From Spirochaetia bacterium (GTDB taxonomy: Bacteria > Spirochaetota > Spirochaetia > DSM-2461): a stretch of 64,000 nucleotides of DNA. Positions 41,147 through 51,102 of this stretch are shown piece after piece (within the stretch, counting starts at the first letter, position 1; every line of letters begins with the position of its first letter). The stretch lies in NCBI GenBank assembly GCA_963666985.2, contig CAXXIA010000001.1, positions 544,001-608,000 on the forward strand, given 5' to 3'. The notes beneath the pieces were generated by a model. That model was not told the DNA's origin, searched no databases, and worked only from the letters and a program-made list of their open reading frames with translations. A program made the position numbers and the translations under genes.

Positions 41147-42460
41147 TCAGCGATTCAAGAGCTCGGCCGCCTTGGCCCGCGCTTCGGCGAGCGATAAACC
41201 GTCGAAGCTTTCCCTTGTCCGTAAATCCTTCAGATTCATTGTGCAGGCGGCGGCCTCATCCGGTCCGATGATGAATGCCAGCGGGATTCCCTTGGTCTCG
41301 GCGTATTTGAACTGCGCGGCGAGTTTCTTCATCTCGGGGTATACTTCTGCGGAAAAACCCGCGGATCGTAAATCCCGGGCCAAACCATAGTATTTGGCCA
41401 GAAGGCTTTCATCGAGCATCATGACAAGAATATCCGCGGTGTTGCCGCTTTTATCGATTTTCCCCAGCTCTTCCAGCCCGGCCATGAGCCGATCCAAACC
41501 GATGGACGCTCCGACGCCGCTCATCGGTTCTTTCATGAACAGTCCGGTAAGGTTGTCGTAGCGTCCTCCGGAACAAACAGAACCCAGTGCGGGCAATTCG
41601 TCGAGGAAGGTTTCGAAAACAATGCCGGTGTAATAATCCAGCCCTCGGGTAATGGAGGGATCCAGCAGAAACGCATGATGCATCTGGAGTTCTTCCACCG
41701 CGTCGAGAACGGTTTTTACCCGAATCGCGGCCGGATCGCCCGCGGCGTCCGCCAGCAAGATCATTTTCTCAAGAGTTCCGCGATTATCCTCGGCGGGAGT
41801 AATAAAATCGAGGAGTTTTTCCGTTCCTTCTCCGCCGACGATTTCGGAGAGCTGTCTGCGGACTTCTTCCGCGCCGATCTTGCCGATTTTATCGACGATT
41901 CGGAGCACTTCCGCGGTTCTGCCCGCCAGGCCGAGTTTCTCAAGAAGCTTGTTGAACAAACCTCTGTGGTTGAATCGAACCCGGGATTCACCGGCACCGA
42001 TGGCCTTCAGTCCGGCGGTTATCATCAGCATGATTTCCAAATCGGTCGCCGGACTGTCCACGCCGATAACGTCGAAGTCGCATTGAATGAATTCCCGATA
42101 GCGGCCCCTCTGGGTGTTCTCGCCGCGCCAGGCTTTCGCAATATGATAGCGCCTGAAGGGTATGGTGATGTCGTTGAAATGGGCCGCGACGTATCGGGCG
42201 AAGGGAACCGTCAAATCAAAGCGCAGGGCCACGTCCCTCCCGCCGTGATCCGTAAAGCGGTAGGTCTGTTTATCGGTTTCGCCTCCGCCCTTCGAGAGAA
42301 GGATGTCCGCGTATTCCAAAACAGGTGTGTCGATGGGAACGTATCCGAAAGAAGAAAAATGGTCTTCAAGGGCGCGAATAAGCCTTCTTCTCGGTATCTC
42401 GGTTTCCGGAAGGAAATCGCGGAATCCTTTCAGAACCCTGGGTTGTATGATTTCTGCCAT
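41147..42460 (-). CDS. hisS: Histidine--tRNA ligase
   Basis: LRFDLTVP, RGENTQRGRYREF.QCD, RGLDYYTG, GGRYDNL, anticodon domain. Confidence 0.97.
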   Translation of the reverse strand: MAEIIQPRVLKGFRDFLPETEIPRRRLIRALEDHFSSFGYVPIDTPVLEYADILLSKGGGETDKQTYRFTDHGGRDVALRFDLTVPFARYVAAHFNDITIPFRRYHIAKAWRGENTQRGRYREFIQCDFDVIGVDSPATDLEIMLMITAGLKAIGAGESRVRFNHRGLFNKLLEKLGLAGRTAEVLRIVDKIGKIGAEEVRRQLSEIVGGEGTEKLLDFITPAEDNRGTLEKMILLADAAGDPAAIRVKTVLDAVEELQMHHAFLLDPSITRGLDYYTGIVFETFLDELPALGSVCSGGRYDNLTGLFMKEPMSGVGASIGLDRLMAGLEELGKIDKSGNTADILVMMLDESLLAKYYGLARDLRSAGFSAEVYPEMKKLAAQFKYAETKGIPLAFIIGPDEAAACTMNLKDLRTRESFDGLSLAEARAKAAELLNR

Positions 42461-42782
42461 TTTTTAATCTCCTTAGGTTAATCCCCGACGCGGTAACGGT
42501 TCGGGCCGGCCGCATCATCTTAAGGGGGCCTGTTCGGCCGGAAAGTCCCCGCCCGACGCCTTATCGGTCCGCGCCGGTCCCATCATCGCCCGATGCGGTT
42601 ATCTCGGCAAGAGGCGGCTGCCGATGCGATTTTCCGAATCCTCCGGGTTGTCTTTATCCTGTTTCACAGGTCCTTCCGTCGTCTTGTCGCGGAGGTTTCC
42701 ATAAGAGCCGATTCGGTTCCGCTGCCTCGATTGCTCCTTATAAGAGGAAACGTTATGATACAATTCAGGAATAACCGAAGAC

Positions 42783-43961
42783 ATGCGCAGCCGATACTTC
42801 CGCGACGATAAAGGTAAACTCACGGCGAAGGCCGTTATTTATGAGCATCCGGATCATGGGATTTCACGAATGGCCATAGATCATGATGCCAGGAAGATTT
42901 GTTCCCGACTGACTTCTCAGGGGCACGAAGCCTATATCGTCGGCGGAGCCGTTCGCGATTTGCTGCTGAAGAGAACTCCGAAGGATTTCGATATTGCAAC
43001 GGACGCTTCGCCGAGCCGCGTGAAAAAATTATTTCGGAATTCCAGAATCATCGGGAAAAGATTTCGTCTTGTTCATGTTTATTTCAAAGACGGGAAAATC
43101 ATGGAAGTGGCGACCTTCCGAGCTCCCGAATCCGGGAACCACAATCATGTTTACGGAACATTGAACGAAGATGTCATGCGGCGTGATTTTTCACTGAACG
43201 CCCTCTATTACTGTCCCGAGGAAGAAACAATCATCGACTTTGTTAAAGGCGTTAAGGATATCCGAAAAGGGGTAATACGGAGTGTTCTGCCCTTATCGGA
43301 TTCTTTTATCGAAGATCCCGTACGGATGCTCCGGGCGGTAAAGTACGCGGCTTTAACGGGCATGAAGATGGCCCCGTCCGTAAGCCGAAAGATTCGAAGG
43401 CAGGCCCATCTTCTTGCCGGCGCTTCCGTTTCCCGTCTTTCGGAAGAACTTCATAAAATTCTTAAAAGCGGGAATTCCGAGATTATTCTGCGCCTTATGG
43501 ATCGTTACGGACTTCTCTCTCCCATGCTTCCCGGATTCTCGCAGGCCTTTGAAGAATCCGGAACCGGGAAGAAAGGGAATCTGAAAGAAGATTTTTTCTT
43601 AAGTCTGGCAAAACTTGACCAAGCCATGCTTTCCGAGAATATTTCCCGCGGAACGATGATCGCGAGACTTTCCGAACCGGTTTTGGATGCGCAGGGGACT
43701 TTTGAGAAAAAAAACGGAACTCCTCCGATGTTTTCGGATGCCGTCAGGGATTTGAAGGCCCTCCTCAGACCTTTGGTACAGCCCAATAAGGATGTTGAAG
43801 AAGCCGTTCGGCGGATTTTCATCGAGCGCGGATTGAAACTTCCGAGGAAACGTCCCAGGCATCCCGAAGTCCGTGCGGCGGAACATGAGCGTGAAAACTA
43901 TCAGAAGAGGCGGCGGCGGAAGAAAAAAGGCGCCGGGGTTCAAACCTCCATCGAGGAATAA
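42783..43961 (+). CDS. pcnB: Poly(A) polymerase I
   Basis: VGGAVRDLL..PKDFDIAT, PAP-type IIGKRFRLVHV, RRDFSLNA, EDPVRMLR, basic tail. Confidence 0.9.
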   Translation: MRSRYFRDDKGKLTAKAVIYEHPDHGISRMAIDHDARKICSRLTSQGHEAYIVGGAVRDLLLKRTPKDFDIATDASPSRVKKLFRNSRIIGKRFRLVHVYFKDGKIMEVATFRAPESGNHNHVYGTLNEDVMRRDFSLNALYYCPEEETIIDFVKGVKDIRKGVIRSVLPLSDSFIEDPVRMLRAVKYAALTGMKMAPSVSRKIRRQAHLLAGASVSRLSEELHKILKSGNSEIILRLMDRYGLLSPMLPGFSQAFEESGTGKKGNLKEDFFLSLAKLDQAMLSENISRGTMIARLSEPVLDAQGTFEKKNGTPPMFSDAVRDLKALLRPLVQPNKDVEEAVRRIFIERGLKLPRKRPRHPEVRAAEHERENYQKRRRRKKKGAGVQTSIEE

Positions 43962-43989
43962 TCCATAAAAGCTTCCAAAAGGACAAAAC

Positions 43990-45291
43990 ATGACGGATAT
44001 CACAGTAATCGGAACAGGTTATGTGGGACTTGTGGCCGCCGTGGGGCTTGCCGATTTCGGCAACAGAGTCGTCGGAGCCGACATCAACGAAGAGAAAATC
44101 GCCCAATTGAAGAATGGCGTCCCGCCGATTTATGAGCCGGGCATAGAAGAGTATCTGAAAAGAAATTTATCTTCCGGACGGCTCACGTTCACCGCCGATG
44201 TCGATGTGGCGGTCCGCGGCGCCGATGTCGTGTTCTTGGCGGTGGGCACGCCGCCGAAAGAAGACGGTTCGGCCGATTTAAGCTATTTGGAATCGGCGGC
44301 GGATACGATTGCGGATAATACCAAAGGCTACACCGTGGTTGTAACCAAATCGACTGTTCCGGTCGGAACAAATCGTGCTCTGCAGAAACGTATCCACGAA
44401 AGGAATCCGGATGCCGATATTGACGTGGTTTCCAATCCGGAATTCCTCCGGGAGGGGCGTGCCGTTCAAGATTTTTTTCACCCGGACAGAACGGTTATCG
44501 GCACCGAATCGGAACGGGCGCGGGAAGTTATCCGAACGGTCTACAGAACTCTGAATCTGATTTCCGTACCGTTCGTTTGGTGCGGACTTGAAACGGCCGA
44601 GCTCATCAAGTATGCCTCGAACGCGTTCTTGGCCACGAAAATAACGTATATCAATCAGATGGCAAACTTGGCCGAAGCGGTCGGGGCCGATATTCATGCC
44701 GTGGCGAAATCCATGGGGATGGACGGACGCATCAGCTCGAAATTCCTTCATCCGGGACCGGGTTACGGAGGCAGCTGTTTCCCGAAGGATACCAAAGCCG
44801 TGGTGAAAACGGGCGAAGAGGCCGGCGTCGACATGTCGCTGATTAAGTCGGTGATTGAGGCGAACGAAAAACAGAAAAAACGCATAACTCTTATTCTTGC
44901 CGAAATGATGGGGCCGCTTCAGGGCAAAACCGTCGCCGTCCTCGGTTTAACGTTTAAATCCGAAACCGACGATATCCGTGACTCGCCCTCGTTAACCGTC
45001 GTATCCGATATTTTGGCCGCGGGAGCACTCGTCAGAGCTCACGATCCTCAAGGAATGACGAATTTTAAGGCTTCCATTCCGGAAACGCAGTGTCTGGAAA
45101 CATCCTATGACGCTTTGGACGGAGCCGATGCGCTTGTATTAATGACCGAATGGAATGAATACCGTTCCTTGGATCTGAGCGTTGCGGCGGATCGGATGAA
45201 GGGACGTGTTATTCTGGACGCCCGAAACCTTCTGGATCCGGATATCGCCCGGGAGCTCGGATTTCATTATCGAGGGATCGGACGGGGCTGA
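43990..45291 (+). CDS. ugd: UDP-glucose 6-dehydrogenase
   Basis: GTGYVG, KSTVPVGT, SNPEFLREG, KYASNAFLA, GYGGSCFPKD. Confidence 0.95.
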   Translation: MTDITVIGTGYVGLVAAVGLADFGNRVVGADINEEKIAQLKNGVPPIYEPGIEEYLKRNLSSGRLTFTADVDVAVRGADVVFLAVGTPPKEDGSADLSYLESAADTIADNTKGYTVVVTKSTVPVGTNRALQKRIHERNPDADIDVVSNPEFLREGRAVQDFFHPDRTVIGTESERAREVIRTVYRTLNLISVPFVWCGLETAELIKYASNAFLATKITYINQMANLAEAVGADIHAVAKSMGMDGRISSKFLHPGPGYGGSCFPKDTKAVVKTGEEAGVDMSLIKSVIEANEKQKKRITLILAEMMGPLQGKTVAVLGLTFKSETDDIRDSPSLTVVSDILAAGALVRAHDPQGMTNFKASIPETQCLETSYDALDGADALVLMTEWNEYRSLDLSVAADRMKGRVILDARNLLDPDIARELGFHYRGIGRG

Positions 45292-45299
45292 AAGCCCTC

Positions 45300-45344
45300 A
45301 AAAAAACAAAACGGCGCGGAATCCGGCTTCGGCCGGACCTCGCG
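45300..45344 (-). terminator. Candidate intrinsic terminator
   Basis: TCCGGC-TTCG-GCCGGA hairpin extended by CGCG pairs; T-rich tract follows on the minus strand. Confidence 0.5.
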
Positions 45345-45350
45345 GTATTT

Positions 45351-45516
45351 AACAGGCTGTTGAAAAAGGATCTTATGGTCCGTATACGGCGTTGAATCAA
45401 TGCTCGAAATGCTCACGTACAGCCGGTACGCTGCGCTTTCTGTGCTTGATTCGGCAGCGAGCTGCGAGTCTCGCTCGCTATCTTCGAACCAAATCTTACT
45501 TTTTCAACAGCCTGTT
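45351..45516. repeat. MITE-like element, copy 2 (intact)
   Basis: 18-bp perfect TIRs AACAGGCTGTTGAAAAAG / CTTTTTCAACAGCCTGTT, internal hairpins, no transposase. Confidence 0.88.
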
Positions 45517-46483
45517 AGGCGTCCGAGTTGTCGAATTCCGGAGTTTCGTGTTCCGATGTCACCCATTTGCGGCTTCGTTTGGCGACGCTGCCGATAACCA
45601 AATCAAATTCGGCGATCATGATGCCGGTGAATTTTTCAATGCGGTCGGCTACGTAATTTCTCAGCTCGTGCAGGTTGTCCGTCAGCCTGTTCCCGTAAGG
45701 AACTTCTACTTCGGCCCTTATATAATACACGCCGGCATGGGGTCTGATGCGGACCTTCCGTACGATCAGCTCATCGTCGAATTCGTCCACGCAATGAGCG
45801 ATCATTTGTCCCAAGGCATATTCGCTGATGGCAACCTTGCCCTTATCTTCATTGTGAAACGAGGGCTGAACCACGGATTTTTCGTAGACTCGATGGCCTT
45901 TCGCTTTCCGTCGCCCGAAACCGCGTCCGATTTTAAAGAGTACTTTTATGGAATCCGCGATGAGCTGCGGATAGTCCCGTTCAACTTCGATGGAAGGAAC
46001 GGGGATAACGTGTTTGCCTTCTTCGTTTCGTGATTTCTGTGCTTTCTGGATATCTTCTTCGGATGAAATCTCTTCTATGGTAATAATTTTCGAAGGAGGA
46101 GGAAGCTCCAATCGTTCGGCCGTTCTGGCGACCATGCGTTCGGAGGTGCCCAGAAGAAGGATTTTTTTGATTTTCCTTGCCTTGATGGCTTTGATAACTT
46201 CATGTCTGTGAAGCGGATCGTCGAAAAGTGCCGTTCTGACGGCGCTCATGTAAACCTGCTCCCTTTTCGCGGACTTTCCGGCCACGATGCTGTTGCCCTG
46301 AATGAGAAGGCCGTCGTCGACGATGTAATCGATGCCGTAATTCTCGGCAACGAGCTTGGCCCGAAAGCTTTTACCCGTTCCGCTTTTCCCCACAAGGGCG
46401 TAAACTTTCATACCGCCTAAGAGCCGGCGCAGATGATCCGAAAGACCGGCACGCCGCTTTACCGCGTTTTCCTCCTGACTCAT
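45515..46483 (-). CDS. P-loop NTPase-like N-terminus fused to Asp23/Gls24-like domain
   Basis: ALVGKSGTGKS, IVDDGLLI; C-terminal GKVAISE..EVEVPYG..IEKFTG. Confidence 0.7.
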   Translation of the reverse strand: MSQEENAVKRRAGLSDHLRRLLGGMKVYALVGKSGTGKSFRAKLVAENYGIDYIVDDGLLIQGNSIVAGKSAKREQVYMSAVRTALFDDPLHRHEVIKAIKARKIKKILLLGTSERMVARTAERLELPPPSKIITIEEISSEEDIQKAQKSRNEEGKHVIPVPSIEVERDYPQLIADSIKVLFKIGRGFGRRKAKGHRVYEKSVVQPSFHNEDKGKVAISEYALGQMIAHCVDEFDDELIVRKVRIRPHAGVYYIRAEVEVPYGNRLTDNLHELRNYVADRIEKFTGIMIAEFDLVIGSVAKRSRKWVTSEHETPEFDNSDA

Positions 46484-46629
46484 GGAAACCTCACAGGTTG
46501 ACATTAGGTATTCCGAAACGATGGGTCAAGGAAAATAAGGCTGAAATTCCTTCGTTTTTTTCATGCGGGGCAAACTCCAAAAAATCCCTTTGCTTGACAA
46601 GGAATCATACCTCAATAAGAATAATCTTC

Positions 46630-48222
46630 GTGTCCGATATCTCCCGTATTCGCAAAGTATTATTCTTGGAACATAAATCATCCGCGATGCGAATTCTAAT
46701 ATTACTTTTTTGCCTGGTATTAATTCCCTCCGTTTTTTTCGTGATTCATGAAAGCCGCCTTGAGGCGCCTTCGTATTTGCCGGGTTGGTTTATTCTTCGT
46801 TTGGACGCATCCGATGCCGAAGCGGCCTCGGCCGCGCTGATCCGCGGCGGAGTGGAAGGTTCCCTTTCGGAATGGAACGCCGATGTGACGGTTATGACCA
46901 TACCCGAAACCCAAAGGGTTCGGGTGGCCGATCTGGACGACATCCTTTCTCCCGGAGACCCCCGGCGCGATCCTTTTCTCTCAAGTGTTGCCGATTTGTT
47001 TCGATCCGGTTCGTCGTCTCTGATTTATTTACCCGCCGATCGCGGGATCCGTGACTATCGTAAAATACTGGAATCCGATCCCGTATTCACCGGAGCTGAG
47101 ATTCTCGACGATAATAGGCGGCCGAATCTTTTTTCGGCTTTCATCTTTCTCTGTGCCGTCGCCGTTTTCGCTTGGGCGAGAAAGGGGCGGAGGATTGCCG
47201 TTCTTGTTTCGAGCATTCCCGTGCTGGTTTTCTTTCTTTCCTCGGGCGCGAACGATCCGTTTCCCTATCTCGCGCTGCCTGTATCTCTGGTGCTTTTCAG
47301 CCGCCGCGGCTGGAAGGCCGCCGTTTCCTGTGCTGCCGTTTCCGCCGCCGTTGTCCTTCCGGCCGCATCCTTGGAAACACGATATCTTTTTCCCGCGCTG
47401 ATCGCTTTTCTCAGTTCGGCGGCGATCTTTTTCATTTTGCCGGGATATTTTGGCGGCGCTCTTTCCGATTCCGCTGAAAAAAAGGCTTTGAGCGCTCCGC
47501 CCGATAAGACGCGGCGGACGAATCGGAAAAAAAGACGTACCGAGCATGTTCTTTTTGAACCTGTTTCCCTCGTAAAGAAATCTTCTCCGGTTCCAAACCG
47601 ATTTTCGTTAAAAAACGCGGCGGCAGGCTTCGCGGCCCTTGCGGTTCTGCTTGTTGTTTGGATAATTCCTTTCGGAGGATCGTCCCCCGTTCATGATCCC
47701 GTGCCGAGCGCCGCGGAATCATACGGGAAGATATTGAACCGATCGGCAATGGCGGCTCTCGATGCGAATCGGGATTATCGGAATCTTCCGGACATCGCGG
47801 CGCTTTTAGCTTCGGTTTCGCATCAAGAGGGTTTTTTATACGGCGCGGAGTACCGGCTTCCGATGCCGGGCGAAAAGCTGACATTCACCGAATATAAAAA
47901 CGAAGACGGCCGCATCATCGGGTATGAGAATGCCGTTGTTTCGTACACCGGTGATTGGTATGAACATCTTTTGGAACGGGAAACTTCCGAGGGTGTCGGT
48001 TTGCTGTTTTCAAAACTTGACGGTGCCGCATCTGTAAAGCCGGCATCGTCAAAGCCCGTGAAAATTTTATTGAGGGCAAATCCCGTACTCACGGCCGCCC
48101 TTCGATGTATCATATCGGTGATGGCCGCGATTTTGCTGCTTTCACCGGAAAAAACAACGGAATTAAGAATAAGCGAAAGGATATCGATACAGATTTCGCG
48201 CAGGAGGGCTCAAGCCGCATGA
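46630..48222 (+). CDS. Hypothetical multi-pass membrane protein coupled to rnfC (start uncertain: 46630 or 46687)
   Basis: Long ORF with several TM segments; stop overlaps rnfC ATG. Confidence 0.7.
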   Translation: MSDISRIRKVLFLEHKSSAMRILILLFCLVLIPSVFFVIHESRLEAPSYLPGWFILRLDASDAEAASAALIRGGVEGSLSEWNADVTVMTIPETQRVRVADLDDILSPGDPRRDPFLSSVADLFRSGSSSLIYLPADRGIRDYRKILESDPVFTGAEILDDNRRPNLFSAFIFLCAVAVFAWARKGRRIAVLVSSIPVLVFFLSSGANDPFPYLALPVSLVLFSRRGWKAAVSCAAVSAAVVLPAASLETRYLFPALIAFLSSAAIFFILPGYFGGALSDSAEKKALSAPPDKTRRTNRKKRRTEHVLFEPVSLVKKSSPVPNRFSLKNAAAGFAALAVLLVVWIIPFGGSSPVHDPVPSAAESYGKILNRSAMAALDANRDYRNLPDIAALLASVSHQEGFLYGAEYRLPMPGEKLTFTEYKNEDGRIIGYENAVVSYTGDWYEHLLERETSEGVGLLFSKLDGAASVKPASSKPVKILLRANPVLTAALRCIISVMAAILLLSPEKTTELRISERISIQISRRRAQAA

Positions 48223-49556
48223 ACCGACTTCGTACATTCGCCCGCGGTGGCGTTCATCCCCCGGACGGAAAGGCCTTGGCGTCCGATAAACCGATAAGGA
48301 ATGCTCCGCTGCCTTCATTGGCGGTGGTGCCGTTCTCTCAGCATATCGGTGCGCCTGCGAATCCGACGATTTCCGTCGGTGATCATGTCTGTGAAGGGCA
48401 GATGATCGCGGAACCCTCAGGGTTTGTTTCCGCGGCGGTCCATTCTCCCATCCCGGGAACGGTGAAGGAGATCAAGACGATTTACCTCCCGAGCGGGGTG
48501 AAAACGGGAGCGGCCGTTATCGAACTCGACGGTGAATTCACTCAATTGGGAAAAACAGTGAAACCGGCGGACTGGTCCTCCATGGATCAGCCGGCCATCC
48601 TCGAGATTCTCAAAAAGCATGGAATCGTGGGGCAGGGCGGAGCAACGTTTCCTTCTCACGTGAAATTCACCGTACCGAAAGGGAAGGACTGCGAGGTTTT
48701 TCTGGTGAATGCCGCCGAATGCGAACCTTATCTGACCGCGGATCATCGACTTCTGGTGGAGCGCAGCGACGATGTTATTGAAGGAATGAGGATTATTTCC
48801 AAACTGCTCAATCCGAAACGGTCCATCGTCGCCATCGAAGCGAATAAACCCGACGCCGTTAAAAAAATGGCGGCCGCGGGTGCCGCTTACGGAATCGAAG
48901 TGATTCCCCTGAAGGTGAAATATCCGCAAGGCGCCGAAAAAAATCTCATCGAAGCCGTTCTGGGCCGTGAGGTTCCTTCCGGGAAGCTTCCCATTGAGGT
49001 CGGTGTTATCAACGCGAATGTCGGAACCCTTGTTTCGGTCTGCGAAGCGGTCCGGGACGATAAGCCGGTCATCGAGCGTGTGGTGACCGTATCGGGCGGC
49101 GCCATTCGAAATCCCGGGAACATCAGGGCGAGAATCGGCTGTCTGGTCAGAGATCTCATCGAAGAATGCGGAGGTTTCTCCGACGAACCGGTTAAGTTCG
49201 TCAGCGGCGGTCCCATGATGGGATTTGCCTTCGGCGATTTGGATACGCCGGTTACCAAGGGCACAAGCGGGATTCTTGCGCTGACCCGCAAAGAAGTGAA
49301 ATCGTTTGAACCGACGGCCTGTTTGTCCTGCGGACGCTGCGTTGCGGCCTGTCCGATGGGGCTTTCCCCGACGACGATCTTTAAAAATATCGAGCATGAG
49401 CGTTTGGACGCTGCCGTTGAGCTCGGACTGAACGACTGCGTCCTTTGCGGCGCCTGTGCTTATTCCTGTCCGGCTCACATTCCTTTGGTTTCGGCTTTTA
49501 GAGCCGGACGCGGACGCCTCAGGCGGCTTGATGCCTTCAGAAAGGATAACCGATGA
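48219..49556 (+). CDS. rnfC: Rnf electron transport complex subunit C
   Basis: GGVHP, QHIGAP, GQGGATFP, NAAECEPYLTAD, two CxxCxxCxxxCP. Confidence 0.96.
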   Translation: MNRLRTFARGGVHPPDGKALASDKPIRNAPLPSLAVVPFSQHIGAPANPTISVGDHVCEGQMIAEPSGFVSAAVHSPIPGTVKEIKTIYLPSGVKTGAAVIELDGEFTQLGKTVKPADWSSMDQPAILEILKKHGIVGQGGATFPSHVKFTVPKGKDCEVFLVNAAECEPYLTADHRLLVERSDDVIEGMRIISKLLNPKRSIVAIEANKPDAVKKMAAAGAAYGIEVIPLKVKYPQGAEKNLIEAVLGREVPSGKLPIEVGVINANVGTLVSVCEAVRDDKPVIERVVTVSGGAIRNPGNIRARIGCLVRDLIEECGGFSDEPVKFVSGGPMMGFAFGDLDTPVTKGTSGILALTRKEVKSFEPTACLSCGRCVAACPMGLSPTTIFKNIEHERLDAAVELGLNDCVLCGACAYSCPAHIPLVSAFRAGRGRLRRLDAFRKDNR

Positions 49557-50560
49557 AATACGAAACGGTTATATCAACATCTCCGCAGGTGCATTCGGCG
49601 GGATCGACACGATCGGTTATGGCCTGGGTTCTCGCGGCTTTGGCGCCGGCCGCGGCATGGAGCGTGTATCTTTTCGGTCTTCGCGCGGTGATTGTTATCG
49701 CCGTCTCCGCGGCGGCTTCGGTGCTGACCGAGGGGCTTTTAAACGCCGCTTTCGGAAGAAAAAATACGCTTGGCGACCTCAGCGCGGTTGTTACCGGGGT
49801 TCTTGTGGGATTTAATATGCCTCCGGCCGTTCCTCTCTACGTTCCCGCGGTCGCATCCGTTTTCGCCATCGCCGTGGTGAAGTGGAGTTTCGGCGGGCTG
49901 GGAGCGAACTGGATGAATCCCGCCCTTGCGGGCCGCGTTTTCGTTTTTTTCTCCTGGGGAAAAGCGATGACGAGCTGGACCCTTCCGGGAATAGGCGGTG
50001 TTGACGCGGTGAGCGGTCCCACCCCCTTGGGAACTCTTAAAGTCGCTCTTGCCGACATCCCTTCGGGAGTGAACGGTCCCATGAGGCTCTTGGAGTCCGC
50101 GGGCATCCCCACGACCTACCCGGATCTGTTTCTGGGGAAAATGCCCGGATCTCTCGGCGAAATGTCCGCGCTTCTGCTCATCATCGGCGGATTGATTCTG
50201 GTGATTAAAAAGATCGTCGATTGGGAAATCCCTCTGGCGTATCTCGGGAGCTTCGCTCTGCTGATTTGGGCCTTTGACGGCAGGCAGTACGGCGGTCCTC
50301 TTTTCTCCGGTGATGTTCTTTTTCATCTTTTCTCCGGAGGACTGATGCTCGGCGCCTGGTTTATGGCCACCGATATGGCAACGACGCCTCTGACACGGAA
50401 AGGGCGGTTCATTTTCGGATTGGGATGCGGAATCATGACGTTCATCATCCGAAGATTCGGGAATCTCCCCGAGGGAGTGAGTCTGGCCATCATTTTCATG
50501 AATATCTTTACACCCTTAATCGACAGGTTTACCGGACCGAAGCGCTACGGAGTCGAATGA
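49553..50560 (+). CDS. rnfD: Rnf subunit D
   Basis: FGGLGANWMNPALAGR, DAVSGPTPL, GSLGEMS, FMATD. Confidence 0.95.
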   Translation: MKYETVISTSPQVHSAGSTRSVMAWVLAALAPAAAWSVYLFGLRAVIVIAVSAAASVLTEGLLNAAFGRKNTLGDLSAVVTGVLVGFNMPPAVPLYVPAVASVFAIAVVKWSFGGLGANWMNPALAGRVFVFFSWGKAMTSWTLPGIGGVDAVSGPTPLGTLKVALADIPSGVNGPMRLLESAGIPTTYPDLFLGKMPGSLGEMSALLLIIGGLILVIKKIVDWEIPLAYLGSFALLIWAFDGRQYGGPLFSGDVLFHLFSGGLMLGAWFMATDMATTPLTRKGRFIFGLGCGIMTFIIRRFGNLPEGVSLAIIFMNIFTPLIDRFTGPKRYGVE

Positions 50561-51102
50561 TGAAGGAAATGACGAGAAAGGCTTTGGGACTGGGGCTTAT
50601 CGGCGCCGTGGCGGCGATTCTGCTTGCCACGGTGAATTCGCTGACCGAACCGGTCATTAATGAAATAAAAGCGGAAAAACTCGCGTCGGCATTAACCGAA
50701 ATGGCTTCCGGCGGAACGCCGGGCGATGTTGAAGAACATCCGGAAAACGGAATCGCCCGAAGATGGCCCATTGAAGGAACAGGCGGCTGGATTCTGGAGC
50801 TGGAAGCGTCCGGATACGGCGGACCGATGACCGTAATCGCCTCTTTTAATCGGGACGGCGATCTGATGGTCGCGAAGCTGATGGACAACGATGAAACCGT
50901 CGGTTTCGGTAAAAAGGCGGAGGAGCCCGGCTACATGGATATTTTCGCCGGGAAAGGCGGCACGGTGCCGATGCCGGTTACCAAGGCACAGCTCGGAGAC
51001 GATGTCGATACGGTCTCCGGAGCAACCGTTACCTTCACGGGCGTCTCGGCGGCTTTGAAAACAGGCTCGGACGCCGTGAAGCGATGGGGGGAAAAGGAAT
51101 GA
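50557..51102 (+). CDS. rnfG: Rnf subunit G (FMN-binding)
   Basis: N-terminal TM, GYGG, ETVGFG, DTVSGATVT. Confidence 0.92.
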   Translation: MMKEMTRKALGLGLIGAVAAILLATVNSLTEPVINEIKAEKLASALTEMASGGTPGDVEEHPENGIARRWPIEGTGGWILELEASGYGGPMTVIASFNRDGDLMVAKLMDNDETVGFGKKAEEPGYMDIFAGKGGTVPMPVTKAQLGDDVDTVSGATVTFTGVSAALKTGSDAVKRWGEKE

